A stretch of 35,574 bases of DNA from a virus. Shown piece after piece: positions 15,315 to 22,576 of this stretch (position 1 is the first letter of the stretch; each line of letters opens with the position of its first letter). A program made the position numbers and the translations under genes. The notes below the pieces were generated by a model, which saw nothing but the letters and a program-made list of their open reading frames with translations, was not told where the DNA came from and did no database searches. The stretch lies in IMG/VR virus record IMGVR_UViG_3300045912_000157, positions 1-35,574 of that record, one strand, 5' to 3'.

Positions 15315-15558
15315 AATCGAAATAGATCGAGGACACATTGCTGGCGTCGCAGTTGTAGAGGCCAGCGTTTATTTCAAAACCGACACGACTTTTGTTCCTT
15401 ACATGGAAGGTTCGGTTCCAATGAAGACCACGTATGTATCTGCAATTCGCATTGACGATGTGAAATTTTATGACGAGGACAATAAAATCACGGAGAATTT
15501 TCAACTGACTCCGGACGAAATCGCGTTAGCCACATTTGAAGTGGAGAAAAGAGTATGA
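15292..15558 (+). CDS. Hypothetical small protein
   Basis: 88 aa from ATG 15292 (MKEKKTVEIEIDRGH...). The track start 15280 is a TTG. Its end overlaps the next start (ATGA). Confidence 0.55.
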   Translation: MKEKKTVEIEIDRGHIAGVAVVEASVYFKTDTTFVPYMEGSVPMKTTYVSAIRIDDVKFYDEDNKITENFQLTPDEIALATFEVEKRV

Positions 15559-15776
15559 AGAAGAAAGAAAAATCGCTGTCAGATTACTTGCCCAAAAAAC
15601 AATCAGGAATTTTAGTTCAAGCTAAGATTCCGCAGTCTTTACATCATGAGGTCAAAGAATTGCTCAAGCAAAAGGAATTGACAATACAAGAATTGATTGT
15701 GGCGGCTTTTCAGAAATTCATGGACGAAAATCAAAAAGACCTCCACGCGCTTTCGGCAAATCGTTTAAAAGAATAA
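15555..15776 (+). CDS. Ribbon-helix-helix (Arc/MetJ/CopG-type) DNA-binding protein
   Basis: 73 aa. GILVQAKIP (beta strand) - QSLHHEVKELLKQKE (helix) - LTIQELIVAAFQKFMDE (helix) is the classic RHH layout. Last gene of the small operon. Confidence 0.65.
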   Translation: MKKKEKSLSDYLPKKQSGILVQAKIPQSLHHEVKELLKQKELTIQELIVAAFQKFMDENQKDLHALSANRLKE

Positions 15777-16149
15777 AAACCTTGTCTTGAATTGTTGGTG
15801 CCGCAACCCATCGAGCAAAGAGACTTCGAAGATGATCCGGTCCGTCTGTTACGCAAGCGAAGCACCCTTGTTTGATTTTGCGCAATAAAAACTCGCGCTG
15901 GTGTCGATTCGCCTTGGCATTGATCGCAGAACGGCTTCCAGGAGCCTTCAATTCAATCCATACAGAAGTTGGGCCGTAGTTCCCAATCAAGTCCGGAAGC
16001 GACTCCGACGCTTGTCTGCGCAGATATCTTTTCGCCATAGGATTCCAGACAGCCGACGTGTCCACGACAGACAAGTCCATTCCGACTTGTCGCCCCCAAG
16101 CCAAGACCAAAGGCTCAGTGATTGTCTTTTCGGGACCAGATTTTCTCAT
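15718..16149 (-). CDS. VRR-NUC (PD-(D/E)XK) nuclease
   Basis: SLPDLIGNYGPTSVWIELKAPGS...HQREFLLRKIKQGCFACV fits the VRR-NUC pattern PD...ExK...Q. Start placed at ATG 16149 (AAGGAGA upstream); track start 16254. The 3' end overlaps the RHH gene convergently by 59 nt. Confidence 0.72.
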   Translation of the reverse strand: MRKSGPEKTITEPLVLAWGRQVGMDLSVVDTSAVWNPMAKRYLRRQASESLPDLIGNYGPTSVWIELKAPGSRSAINAKANRHQREFLLRKIKQGCFACVTDGPDHLRSLFARWVAAPTIQDKVFILLNDLPKARGGLFDFRP

Positions 16150-16184
16150 TGCGCAGCGAGTCTCCTTCTGTTTTAATATATCCC

Positions 16185-16484
16185 ATGAAGGAATCGCAGC
16201 GTGAACATATTTTTGCAAAAATACGCTCGCAAAGATGCCTTGTTTGTTCTTCAAAAAACGTAGATGTCGCTCACGTTCGCACCCGTGGAGCTGGCGGTCC
16301 CGACGAGGAATTCAACCTTATGCCTTTATGCCGTGAGCACCATACTGAACAACACAAAATCGGAATCATCACTTTCATGCGCCGCTATCCGTCCGTGGCC
16401 GCTTATTTATCCACAGCTGGATGGACCATCGAAAACGGAAAACTCTGGAACGACAAATTGGGCCACGAAGCCCTACCAGGATAA
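16185..16484 (+). CDS. HNH endonuclease
   Basis: CLVCSSKNVDVAHVRTRGAGGPDEEFNLMPLCREHHTEQHKIG is an HNH/zinc-hook motif. The start is uncertain (ATG 16185 without a clear SD, or TTG 16122). Confidence 0.78.
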   Translation: MKESQREHIFAKIRSQRCLVCSSKNVDVAHVRTRGAGGPDEEFNLMPLCREHHTEQHKIGIITFMRRYPSVAAYLSTAGWTIENGKLWNDKLGHEALPG

Positions 16485-16488
16485 TTGA

Positions 16489-17055
16489 TTGGACGCGCTC
16501 AGTTTGATTGAAAAAGCCATTGGAGCCGGAAGCCTGGCGTTTGTGGCTTGGATTGCCAATCGCTGGATTCAAGCCGTAGAAGCGCGTTTTGAAAGCAATT
16601 TCACAACGATTGAAAATCGCATTGCCTCGACCGAAGAAAAAATCAACGCTCTTCAAAACAAATATCAAGACGTTCTTGACATAGTATTAACAAAATTCAC
16701 GAATTGGGAAGATCGAATTTCAGGACTTTTGGCAAAAGCCCAGACTTTGGACAAAGATCAAATGCTCATTGAAATTCAAAACTTCAAGATTCAAAATCGC
16801 AACGATTTGGAAGTTATGAAGCTCGAGATTTCGCGCGTAAAAAACTTAGTTCGAACAGCGGGCTTTGAATCCGAGTTTATTCAGAAAATTCGCGAAATAG
16901 AGGCACAACTTTCGGCTCGAATAAAAGGCAACGAAGAAAGATTGAACTTGTGCGTGAAAATGATAAGCCATCTCAATGAAAAATCAAAAACACACGATTT
17001 TCAGCTTCAAAATTTAATCGCAATCAATAAGGCAAAAGGAAACCCAAAAGTTTAA
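16489..17055 (+). CDS. Membrane-anchored coiled-coil protein, function unknown
   Basis: 188 aa. TTG start with AGGA 8 nt upstream. N-terminal hydrophobic segment AIGAGSLAFVAWIANRWI, then long heptad-like sequence. The 3' end overlaps the endolysin gene convergently by 32 nt. Confidence 0.5.
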   Translation: MDALSLIEKAIGAGSLAFVAWIANRWIQAVEARFESNFTTIENRIASTEEKINALQNKYQDVLDIVLTKFTNWEDRISGLLAKAQTLDKDQMLIEIQNFKIQNRNDLEVMKLEISRVKNLVRTAGFESEFIQKIREIEAQLSARIKGNEERLNLCVKMISHLNEKSKTHDFQLQNLIAINKAKGNPKV

Positions 17056-17536
17056 AATTGGGCGACGACACCAATGTGCGGTTCTTCACAAACACGCCGT
17101 CACCTTCGCGAACAATTCCAGCTCCTGGTCCAGTGTTGCCTTCGATAGTTTGAAAACCGCCGCTTGAAATAGCGACCACAATGCCCGCGTGTCCCGAACG
17201 AGTATTGCCCATCTGCCAAATTGCGATTGATCCCACGACTGGTCTGTCAACTCTGCACGACAACGGGCTTTTTTCCCAAACCGTCAAACAGTGTTCCGAA
17301 ATAAAAAGATTGTGTCTGCCTTTTGCGCCAAAGACATTGACCGCAATGCGATCCGCTTGTTGCAAGCAATACATGACGAAACACATACACCAAGATTCGC
17401 GTTGAGCTTTCTGATCGACTGCGCGTTGAAACATCTCCACAATTTCCCCAGAGTTGTCCCCGTTTCGCTCTTTAATTCCAATCCATCTTCGAGCTTCTTC
17501 TGTGAGCAGGGTCATTCTTGTATTTCTGTCGATCAT
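17024..17536 (-). CDS. Endolysin candidate: CHAP / NlpC-P60-superfamily cysteine amidase-peptidase
   Basis: 170 aa. Cys motif RESWCMCFVMYCL, His motif SGHAGIVVAI, and downstream TIEGNTG, as in CHAP/TIGR02594-type phage cell-wall hydrolases. Last gene of the late operon. Confidence 0.7.
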   Translation of the reverse strand: MIDRNTRMTLLTEEARRWIGIKERNGDNSGEIVEMFQRAVDQKAQRESWCMCFVMYCLQQADRIAVNVFGAKGRHNLFISEHCLTVWEKSPLSCRVDRPVVGSIAIWQMGNTRSGHAGIVVAISSGGFQTIEGNTGPGAGIVREGDGVFVKNRTLVSSPNFKLLGFLLPY

Positions 17537-17538
17537 GT

Positions 17539-18303
17539 TTATTCCTTAAAAAGAGAAACTATAACAACGCCCTGGCCTCCGCTGTTTAAGCCGCGCCCGC
17601 CTCCGCCAAAGCCTGGCGGCCCGTCAAATCCTCCACCCTTTCCAAGGGAAGCTCCCCCGCCGCCCGATGCGTTGTTTCCAAAATTGACTCCTCCGGTTCC
17701 GCCACCAGCGAAAATATTTCCAGTCCCGTTTTGAAATGCGCCATTTTGACTTCCCCAACCGCCCATTCCGCCTTGAATAACGAGAGGATAAGTATTTGAT
17801 ACCGAATTGAAGGCCGGAGTATTAATTGGAGAACTGGGAAAAGGTTTCGACTCAGCTCTGCCTCCAGGACAATTAACTAAAAACGATCCAGATTGAATTG
17901 TTGTTGTACCGCCAAATCCGGAAGAAGCAGGTCCGACTTGTCCTGCTCCTACAGTAAAATTAAAAACTTGCCCTGGCGTAACCGGAAGTCCAAACAGATA
18001 AACTGGAGCACCGTAACCGCCTCCGCCTCCAGATCCATTTGATCCACCAGAACGAGCCGGACCGCCCGCTCCGCCCCCACCGCAAGCTACAATTTCGATC
18101 CATCCCACGTTTGGAGGAACAACCCAAGTCGTGTTTGAAGTGAATTGAATCTGTTTTATATTTTTTTGATCTAATAAGCCTACTTTATCAAGCAACCAAT
18201 TTATGCTCGCCCCAATTCTTGTCAAAGTCGATTCCGCAACAGCCGCACGAAATTGTGTTTCTTGAAGCTGTATTCTGTTCTCTTCGCTTGGAATATCTGC
18301 CAT
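17539..18303 (-). CDS. Glycine-rich-domain tail/receptor-binding candidate (paralogue of 21564-22307)
   Basis: 254 aa. IQFTSNTTWVVPPNVGWIEIVACGGGGAGGPARSGGSNGSGGGGGYGAPVY..VTPGQVFNFTVGAGQ, then further G-rich blocks, ending GQGVVIVSL. Confidence 0.65.
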   Translation of the reverse strand: MADIPSEENRIQLQETQFRAAVAESTLTRIGASINWLLDKVGLLDQKNIKQIQFTSNTTWVVPPNVGWIEIVACGGGGAGGPARSGGSNGSGGGGGYGAPVYLFGLPVTPGQVFNFTVGAGQVGPASSGFGGTTTIQSGSFLVNCPGGRAESKPFPSSPINTPAFNSVSNTYPLVIQGGMGGWGSQNGAFQNGTGNIFAGGGTGGVNFGNNASGGGGASLGKGGGFDGPPGFGGGGRGLNSGGQGVVIVSLFKE

Positions 18304-18311
18304 GTAATCTC

Positions 18312-20792
18312 CTAAATGTATCTGTACGATTGCCCGCCGTCAGCAAACGACAGCAATTTTGCTTCGTGAGTGTTATTGATATTAAAACCCGTTGGTTCAG
18401 AAATAGTCACTAAATTTAAAGTCGTGTCAACGGCAGTAACTTCAGCTTCTGCGCTGTGGTCTGAATAGTCCTCATTGTTTATTCGAATCAATGATCCGAC
18501 CAAAAATTTTCCAATGTCCGCTGCGGCAACTTGAAATTCTGTTTGTGAAGTGCTTGAAATTATTGGAACAGTGGCTGATAAGAACGCGTGAAGAAGTTTG
18601 ATGGTTTTTCGAACATCGGGATCGGAGTCTGTTGGATAAAAAGCCAAGTCTATGATGTCATTTTCGCTTGGCACAATCGGCAAAGCCGGACTCACAAGAA
18701 GAGCCTTGGGGTCTGTAGAAAACGCCGTTATGCGCGTTTCGTAAGCATAAGACCAATTCGGCGAATGCACTAAGATAGTTTCTCCAACGTAGTCCTGCCA
18801 TTTTGAAGCTTCATTGGCAAACTCCCCAGTTGCAAAAGAGCGCTTAAGCGGCAGACGCGTGGTCGTTGCTCCCGTTGTGATTTGTGAACTTGGAGAAACA
18901 GTTGCATATCTGTCTCCGGCGGCGAACGACGTGTTGACCAGATCGAGTTGCACCCGTCCAGTGCGAAAGTTCTTGTTCGCATTAAGCACTTCCATGAACT
19001 TCAATCCACCGGAACGGCTGCCCGCGGCGGTGTCCGTGAGTTTCAATGAACCGTAGTCAACTAAAACAACGTCCCCAATTTCAAGCGGGAATCCGCTTTC
19101 GAATTGCATTTCAACGCCGTTGATATATTCCGCGCCAAATTGATAACGCTGCAAAAGCCGATTGGCGTCGTTTTGGATTTGAGACGCGCTAAGACCAGTC
19201 AGAAGTCCCTTGCTGCTGACGTTTAACACCTTGTCTCCCACTGGAATTCTGTTTTTTGATTGGGTCGACGAAAAGGTTTGAATGCTTTTGTATTCATTAT
19301 CCACAGGGTTATAATCGTAGGAGTATTTGATTGTGTTGTGAAAGTTTGTTGCAAGCGATCTTTTCACTCGCAATTTGTCGGCATTCAACACGTTTGACTT
19401 ATCGATTTGAGTGATTGATTGATCCGCAATAGGTCCGACGGAATAAGTGACAGACGCTCTGCCTTGTCGGGGAATCGCAAAACAAGCCATAGGCGCGTAA
19501 CACTCGACATCCAAGAATTCTTTCACATTTTGAAGTTCAAAGCCGTCTCTTATGTCGAAAATTCTTCCGGTTAAAAAAAAGTCTCTCAAAGTTTCATGTT
19601 GCGCAACGTCCACCTCAGCCGGACTCATTTTCAATCCAATCGGAAACGAGTCGTATTTTGAGCGGAAAGACGCCGTCCCTGGCGTGTCGAGCTCGTCAAC
19701 AAGTGATACACCATCAACTGTCAAAAAACTCCCGTCGTCCGTGACCTCAATTGAGGTAATTTTTTTCAAAGAAATGTTGTTGGCGGGATTGATTGCTCCT
19801 GTAGTAGAAACGAAATCACCAACCGTCAGCCCATATAATTTTTCTAGGTTTATTCGCTCGAAAAAAATCGCTCCAGGTCGAGGTTGAAAAGCCGAAAGTC
19901 TATTGAAGTGCTTTACTTGAACATCAGAAACAAACGGCCCGCTCCAACCGGACAACATGAGTTTTAAAGCCAATGTCATTCCATTGCCCTGTAGACGAAC
20001 GCCGCGCTTGACCTCGGTCCCTGCGTTATGAGCCGCTTGAATCGAGTTGAACATGGCGCGCGTCACGCCCGTCAGCGTATTGCCACTGATTCCAGTATAG
20101 GCAAAGATTTCGTCGTCGATTCGAAAAATTCCTGAACAGTTCGGGTCTATGTTGCCTTCTGGATCGGCAGCAGACAAAATAAATTCAGACGCGTCCTGAA
20201 CGTCAACCGTAGGCACAGGTCCAAACGCAGGAATCGGCGTTATTAAATTTGTGACAGATTCAATAAGAATTGCGCGACGCTTTTTGTCTTCAACTGCGGA
20301 CAACATGAAATTTACAAAACCAGCACCCGCGTCTATGTCGTTCACAATTCCTCGAAAAACAATACTGTAATCCTCAGGGAAAGCCGTGTCTTCAAAACCA
20401 ATCCAAACTTCGCACTCCGTTCCAATCACGTCGTCAATTTCAAATCCAGGCGAGATTAAACGGCTGATTTCCTCATTCTTGTCTATCAAAGACACGACCA
20501 TTGAAGTGACCGTCGTGCCTTCTTTTCTGTCCGGAGCCAGTTTTTGAGATAACGCAGTAGTCGTTGAGCCTCCTCCGTTAAAAGAAATGTAAGGGCTTTG
20601 TTCTTGGATTGCCCGAACTCCGCCAATAACCCAGTCGTTTCCAATCTCAAGGCCTGGATCTCCAATCCGTATGAGCTCAGAAATAGTCGCAGAACCAAAA
20701 AGTTTATCAAATTTAGTCAACTTGAAAACGATGTTGGGTTGAACCGATATTTTTCTGCTTGCGGCTTTTGCGTTTTCTGTGAGTTTTATCAT
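18312..20792 (-). CDS. Large tail/baseplate (hub or host-specificity) protein
   Basis: 826 aa, the largest non-tape-measure gene in the tail region. ATGA-coupled to the upstream lipoprotein ORF. No family recognised by eye. Confidence 0.55.
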   Translation of the reverse strand: MIKLTENAKAASRKISVQPNIVFKLTKFDKLFGSATISELIRIGDPGLEIGNDWVIGGVRAIQEQSPYISFNGGGSTTTALSQKLAPDRKEGTTVTSMVVSLIDKNEEISRLISPGFEIDDVIGTECEVWIGFEDTAFPEDYSIVFRGIVNDIDAGAGFVNFMLSAVEDKKRRAILIESVTNLITPIPAFGPVPTVDVQDASEFILSAADPEGNIDPNCSGIFRIDDEIFAYTGISGNTLTGVTRAMFNSIQAAHNAGTEVKRGVRLQGNGMTLALKLMLSGWSGPFVSDVQVKHFNRLSAFQPRPGAIFFERINLEKLYGLTVGDFVSTTGAINPANNISLKKITSIEVTDDGSFLTVDGVSLVDELDTPGTASFRSKYDSFPIGLKMSPAEVDVAQHETLRDFFLTGRIFDIRDGFELQNVKEFLDVECYAPMACFAIPRQGRASVTYSVGPIADQSITQIDKSNVLNADKLRVKRSLATNFHNTIKYSYDYNPVDNEYKSIQTFSSTQSKNRIPVGDKVLNVSSKGLLTGLSASQIQNDANRLLQRYQFGAEYINGVEMQFESGFPLEIGDVVLVDYGSLKLTDTAAGSRSGGLKFMEVLNANKNFRTGRVQLDLVNTSFAAGDRYATVSPSSQITTGATTTRLPLKRSFATGEFANEASKWQDYVGETILVHSPNWSYAYETRITAFSTDPKALLVSPALPIVPSENDIIDLAFYPTDSDPDVRKTIKLLHAFLSATVPIISSTSQTEFQVAAADIGKFLVGSLIRINNEDYSDHSAEAEVTAVDTTLNLVTISEPTGFNINNTHEAKLLSFADGGQSYRYI

Positions 20793-21052
20793 TCGGAAAA
20801 TGACTCCTCGACGATCAAATTATATTCCTCGCGGTCTATGCACATAAAATTTTGCACCGCAGGACTTCTCAATGGCAAGGCAATTTCTGTTTCGTCGTTT
20901 ATGACCCTGTAAAGAACCAAATCTTCCGGATCAATCAGCCAAATTCTTTTTGGACTTCTTGCGGGGACGCTTGTACAAGCCGTCATAAGAAGGCAAATCA
21001 GTGTTAGTGCCGCCGTGATTTCTTTCGATTTTGCGTTGGTCACGTTCCTCAA
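20789..21052 (-). CDS. Small lipoprotein: o-spanin candidate, or alternatively an Llp/Cor-type superinfection-exclusion lipoprotein
   Basis: Signal-peptide-like N-terminus RNVTNAKSKEITAALTLICLLMTAC (lipobox-like MTAC, an imperfect -3 residue). Non-ATG start (TTG 21052 or GTG 21043). Its 5' end is embedded out of frame in the preceding ORF, and its stop overlaps the ATG of the 826-aa gene. Confidence 0.45.
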   Translation of the reverse strand: MRNVTNAKSKEITAALTLICLLMTACTSVPARSPKRIWLIDPEDLVLYRVINDETEIALPLRSPAVQNFMCIDREEYNLIVEESFSE

Positions 21053-21152
21053 GCCCTTCCTTGGCGTCTTCTTTGATTCTATTCTTCCTCATAAAAGTGA
21101 CCAACGCCGCAATCATCTGCAGAGCCATCACCAGAGCTTCAAGAATCTTCAT
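20931..21152 (-). CDS. i-spanin-like candidate (N-terminal hydrophobic segment plus charged helix)
   Basis: 73 aa from ATG 21152 (ATGA overlap with the upstream gene): MKILEALVMALQMIAALVTFMRKNRIKEDAKEGLEERDQRKIE... Overlaps the lipoprotein ORF by 122 nt, as in overlapped Rz/Rz1 pairs. Short for an i-spanin. Confidence 0.38.
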   Translation of the reverse strand: MKILEALVMALQMIAALVTFMRKNRIKEDAKEGLEERDQRKIERNHGGTNTDLPSYDGLYKRPRKKSKKNLAD

Positions 21153-21385
21153 TTTTTGCGCAGTTCTTCGAGAGCTTTTTCCATTTCTTTCGTTCTTGGG
21201 TTTATTCCAATAGTTGGCAACCAAGACAAAACTCTCAAAAATTTATCCAAAAGCGCATTCAGTTTTTCGTCGTCAGAGTGACTTGGCGTAATTCTGACAA
21301 TGACAGTCGCAAGAATCGCCACAGTCATTCCAATCAAAGCCACAATTTGAATTACATCTGGAATCTTTTGCAGAAATTCTTGCAT
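21149..21385 (-). CDS. Holin-like single-TM membrane protein
   Basis: 78 aa. TM segment VIQIVALIGMTVAILATVIVRI followed by TPSHSDDEKL, resembling small phage membrane proteins often annotated as holins. SD AGGAG 6 nt upstream. Confidence 0.42.
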   Translation of the reverse strand: MQEFLQKIPDVIQIVALIGMTVAILATVIVRITPSHSDDEKLNALLDKFLRVLSWLPTIGINPRTKEMEKALEELRKK

Positions 21386-21388
21386 TTT

Positions 21389-21562
21389 CTACTCCTGGTC
21401 GGGGTGTCTAAAGGTCTGACCATCATAAATCCACTTGAGACCTACAATGTCGTCATCATTTAAGATCAATTTTTCATGTTCTGGATAATTTACATTCGCA
21501 AACTCTAAGTCTGCTATAATTATATTTTCAACAATTTGATTTCTAATTAAAGCAATTTTCAT
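21389..21562 (-). CDS. 57-aa hypothetical protein (below the ORF-track cutoff)
   Basis: Hand translation: MKIALIRNQIVENIIIADLEFANVNYPEHEKLILNDDDIVGLKWIYDGQTFRHPDQE. SD AGGAG 6 nt upstream. It exactly fills the gap between flanking genes, and the IVENIIIAD-type N-terminus is common in small phage proteins. Confidence 0.5.
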   Translation of the reverse strand: MKIALIRNQIVENIIIADLEFANVNYPEHEKLILNDDDIVGLKWIYDGQTFRHPDQE

Positions 21563-21563
21563 T

Positions 21564-22307
21564 TTAAGCTCCTATGTAATTGTGAACAATAACTATGCCT
21601 GGAACTCCAGCTCCTCCTGGCATAAATCCTGACGTTCTGGCGGCTCCTGATCCGCCGGCACCATATCCTGTTCCATCAACTCCAGGAGAAGATCCATTCA
21701 CAGCAGTCAACGATCCTCCAGTGCCAAAAAATGATGAACCTCCCATCCCTGGCACGCACAAAAGGGAAGCAGGACCGCCTCCATTTCCTCCGGGCGATCC
21801 ATCTCTTCCATATATTATAACTTCGGACGATGAAAACGATCCCCCGATTGCTCCAAACGTTGAATTAGACGCAGCAGAAGCGCCTCCGTCGGCATTACCA
21901 AAAGATCCAAAAGACGAATCTCCCCCTACAGTTACCGCAACAGATGAAGGCAAAGAAGAGGCTGGAATATAAATTCTTACATAGCCGCCGCCTCCTCCTC
22001 CGCCGCCGCCGCCAGATGTGTTTAGATTTGATCCATTGCCTCCACCGCCTTGAATTTCAACTTCAACCCAAAGCAAGTTTGCTGGTTTTGTCCAAGTGCC
22101 AGATGATGTGAATGTATTTATGGTTTTTGCTACAGCTCCGCCGCCACCGCCTCCAATGTCACCGTCGATAATTGCCTGACGAAGCGTTTTGTTGATTGAA
22201 TTTGCAGCAACATACACTTGATCGTCGCCTGGCAAAGACGAAATTGGCGCGCCAGCATTTGTTAAATCTGTCTCCGTTTTTATATCTTGGCGTTGAATTT
22301 TGCTCAT
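21564..22307 (-). CDS. Glycine-rich-domain tail/receptor-binding candidate (paralogue of 17539-18303)
   Basis: 247 aa. INTFTSSGTWTKPANLLWVEVEIQGGGGNGSNLNTSGGGGGGGGGGYVRIYIP..SVAVTVGG, then G/S-rich blocks, ending GVPGIVIVHNY. Confidence 0.65.
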   Translation of the reverse strand: MSKIQRQDIKTETDLTNAGAPISSLPGDDQVYVAANSINKTLRQAIIDGDIGGGGGGAVAKTINTFTSSGTWTKPANLLWVEVEIQGGGGNGSNLNTSGGGGGGGGGGYVRIYIPASSLPSSVAVTVGGDSSFGSFGNADGGASAASNSTFGAIGGSFSSSEVIIYGRDGSPGGNGGGPASLLCVPGMGGSSFFGTGGSLTAVNGSSPGVDGTGYGAGGSGAARTSGFMPGGAGVPGIVIVHNYIGA

Positions 22308-22565
22308 TTATTCACCTCTGAATCTGATATACGAAACGCGAACCGTTTGTCCTAGTTGTGGTGCTGCAGAAAAAGTTATGTCAGAGCCTGAGATCGTGTA
22401 GTCGACCCCAGGCGTCTGTTTTAAACCGTCGATATAAACGTCCACAGCGTCATTCTCAAGTGGTGTTTCCGCAAGAGAAAATTGAGTATTTGATCCGTCA
22501 ATGGTGCCCGAGGGCGTTTCATCTACCCAAAATCTTTTCAACCACAGCGCATTTAATCTCGACAC
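22308..22565 (-). CDS. Stand-alone ~75-aa beta-sandwich module protein (the same module recurs in the fibres)
   Basis: 85 aa. ETPSGTIDGSNTQFSLAETPLENDAVDVYIDGLKQTPGVDYTISGSDITFSAAPQLGQTVRVSYI aligns with ETPAGAINGSNTTFGPLSFAPATNESVIVYVDGVALRPNEFSLVGLNVVLTTPPVLGQTVDVFYL in the 556-aa protein. Confidence 0.6.
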   Translation of the reverse strand: MSRLNALWLKRFWVDETPSGTIDGSNTQFSLAETPLENDAVDVYIDGLKQTPGVDYTISGSDITFSAAPQLGQTVRVSYIRFRGE

Positions 22566-22576
22566 GGCATCATCTC

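Noticed and set aside
20931-21224. Full 97-aa version of the i-spanin-like ORF
   Set aside because: The first 24 codons overlap the holin-like gene out of frame. The internal ATG at 21152 forms an ATGA junction with that gene's stop, so the shorter form is preferred.
21595-21972. 125-aa Pro-rich plus-strand ORF (and the similar 17291..17734)
   Set aside because: It is the reverse complement of the poly-Gly (GGN) coding runs of the glycine-rich genes, which gives CCN = Pro. This is a shadow ORF.
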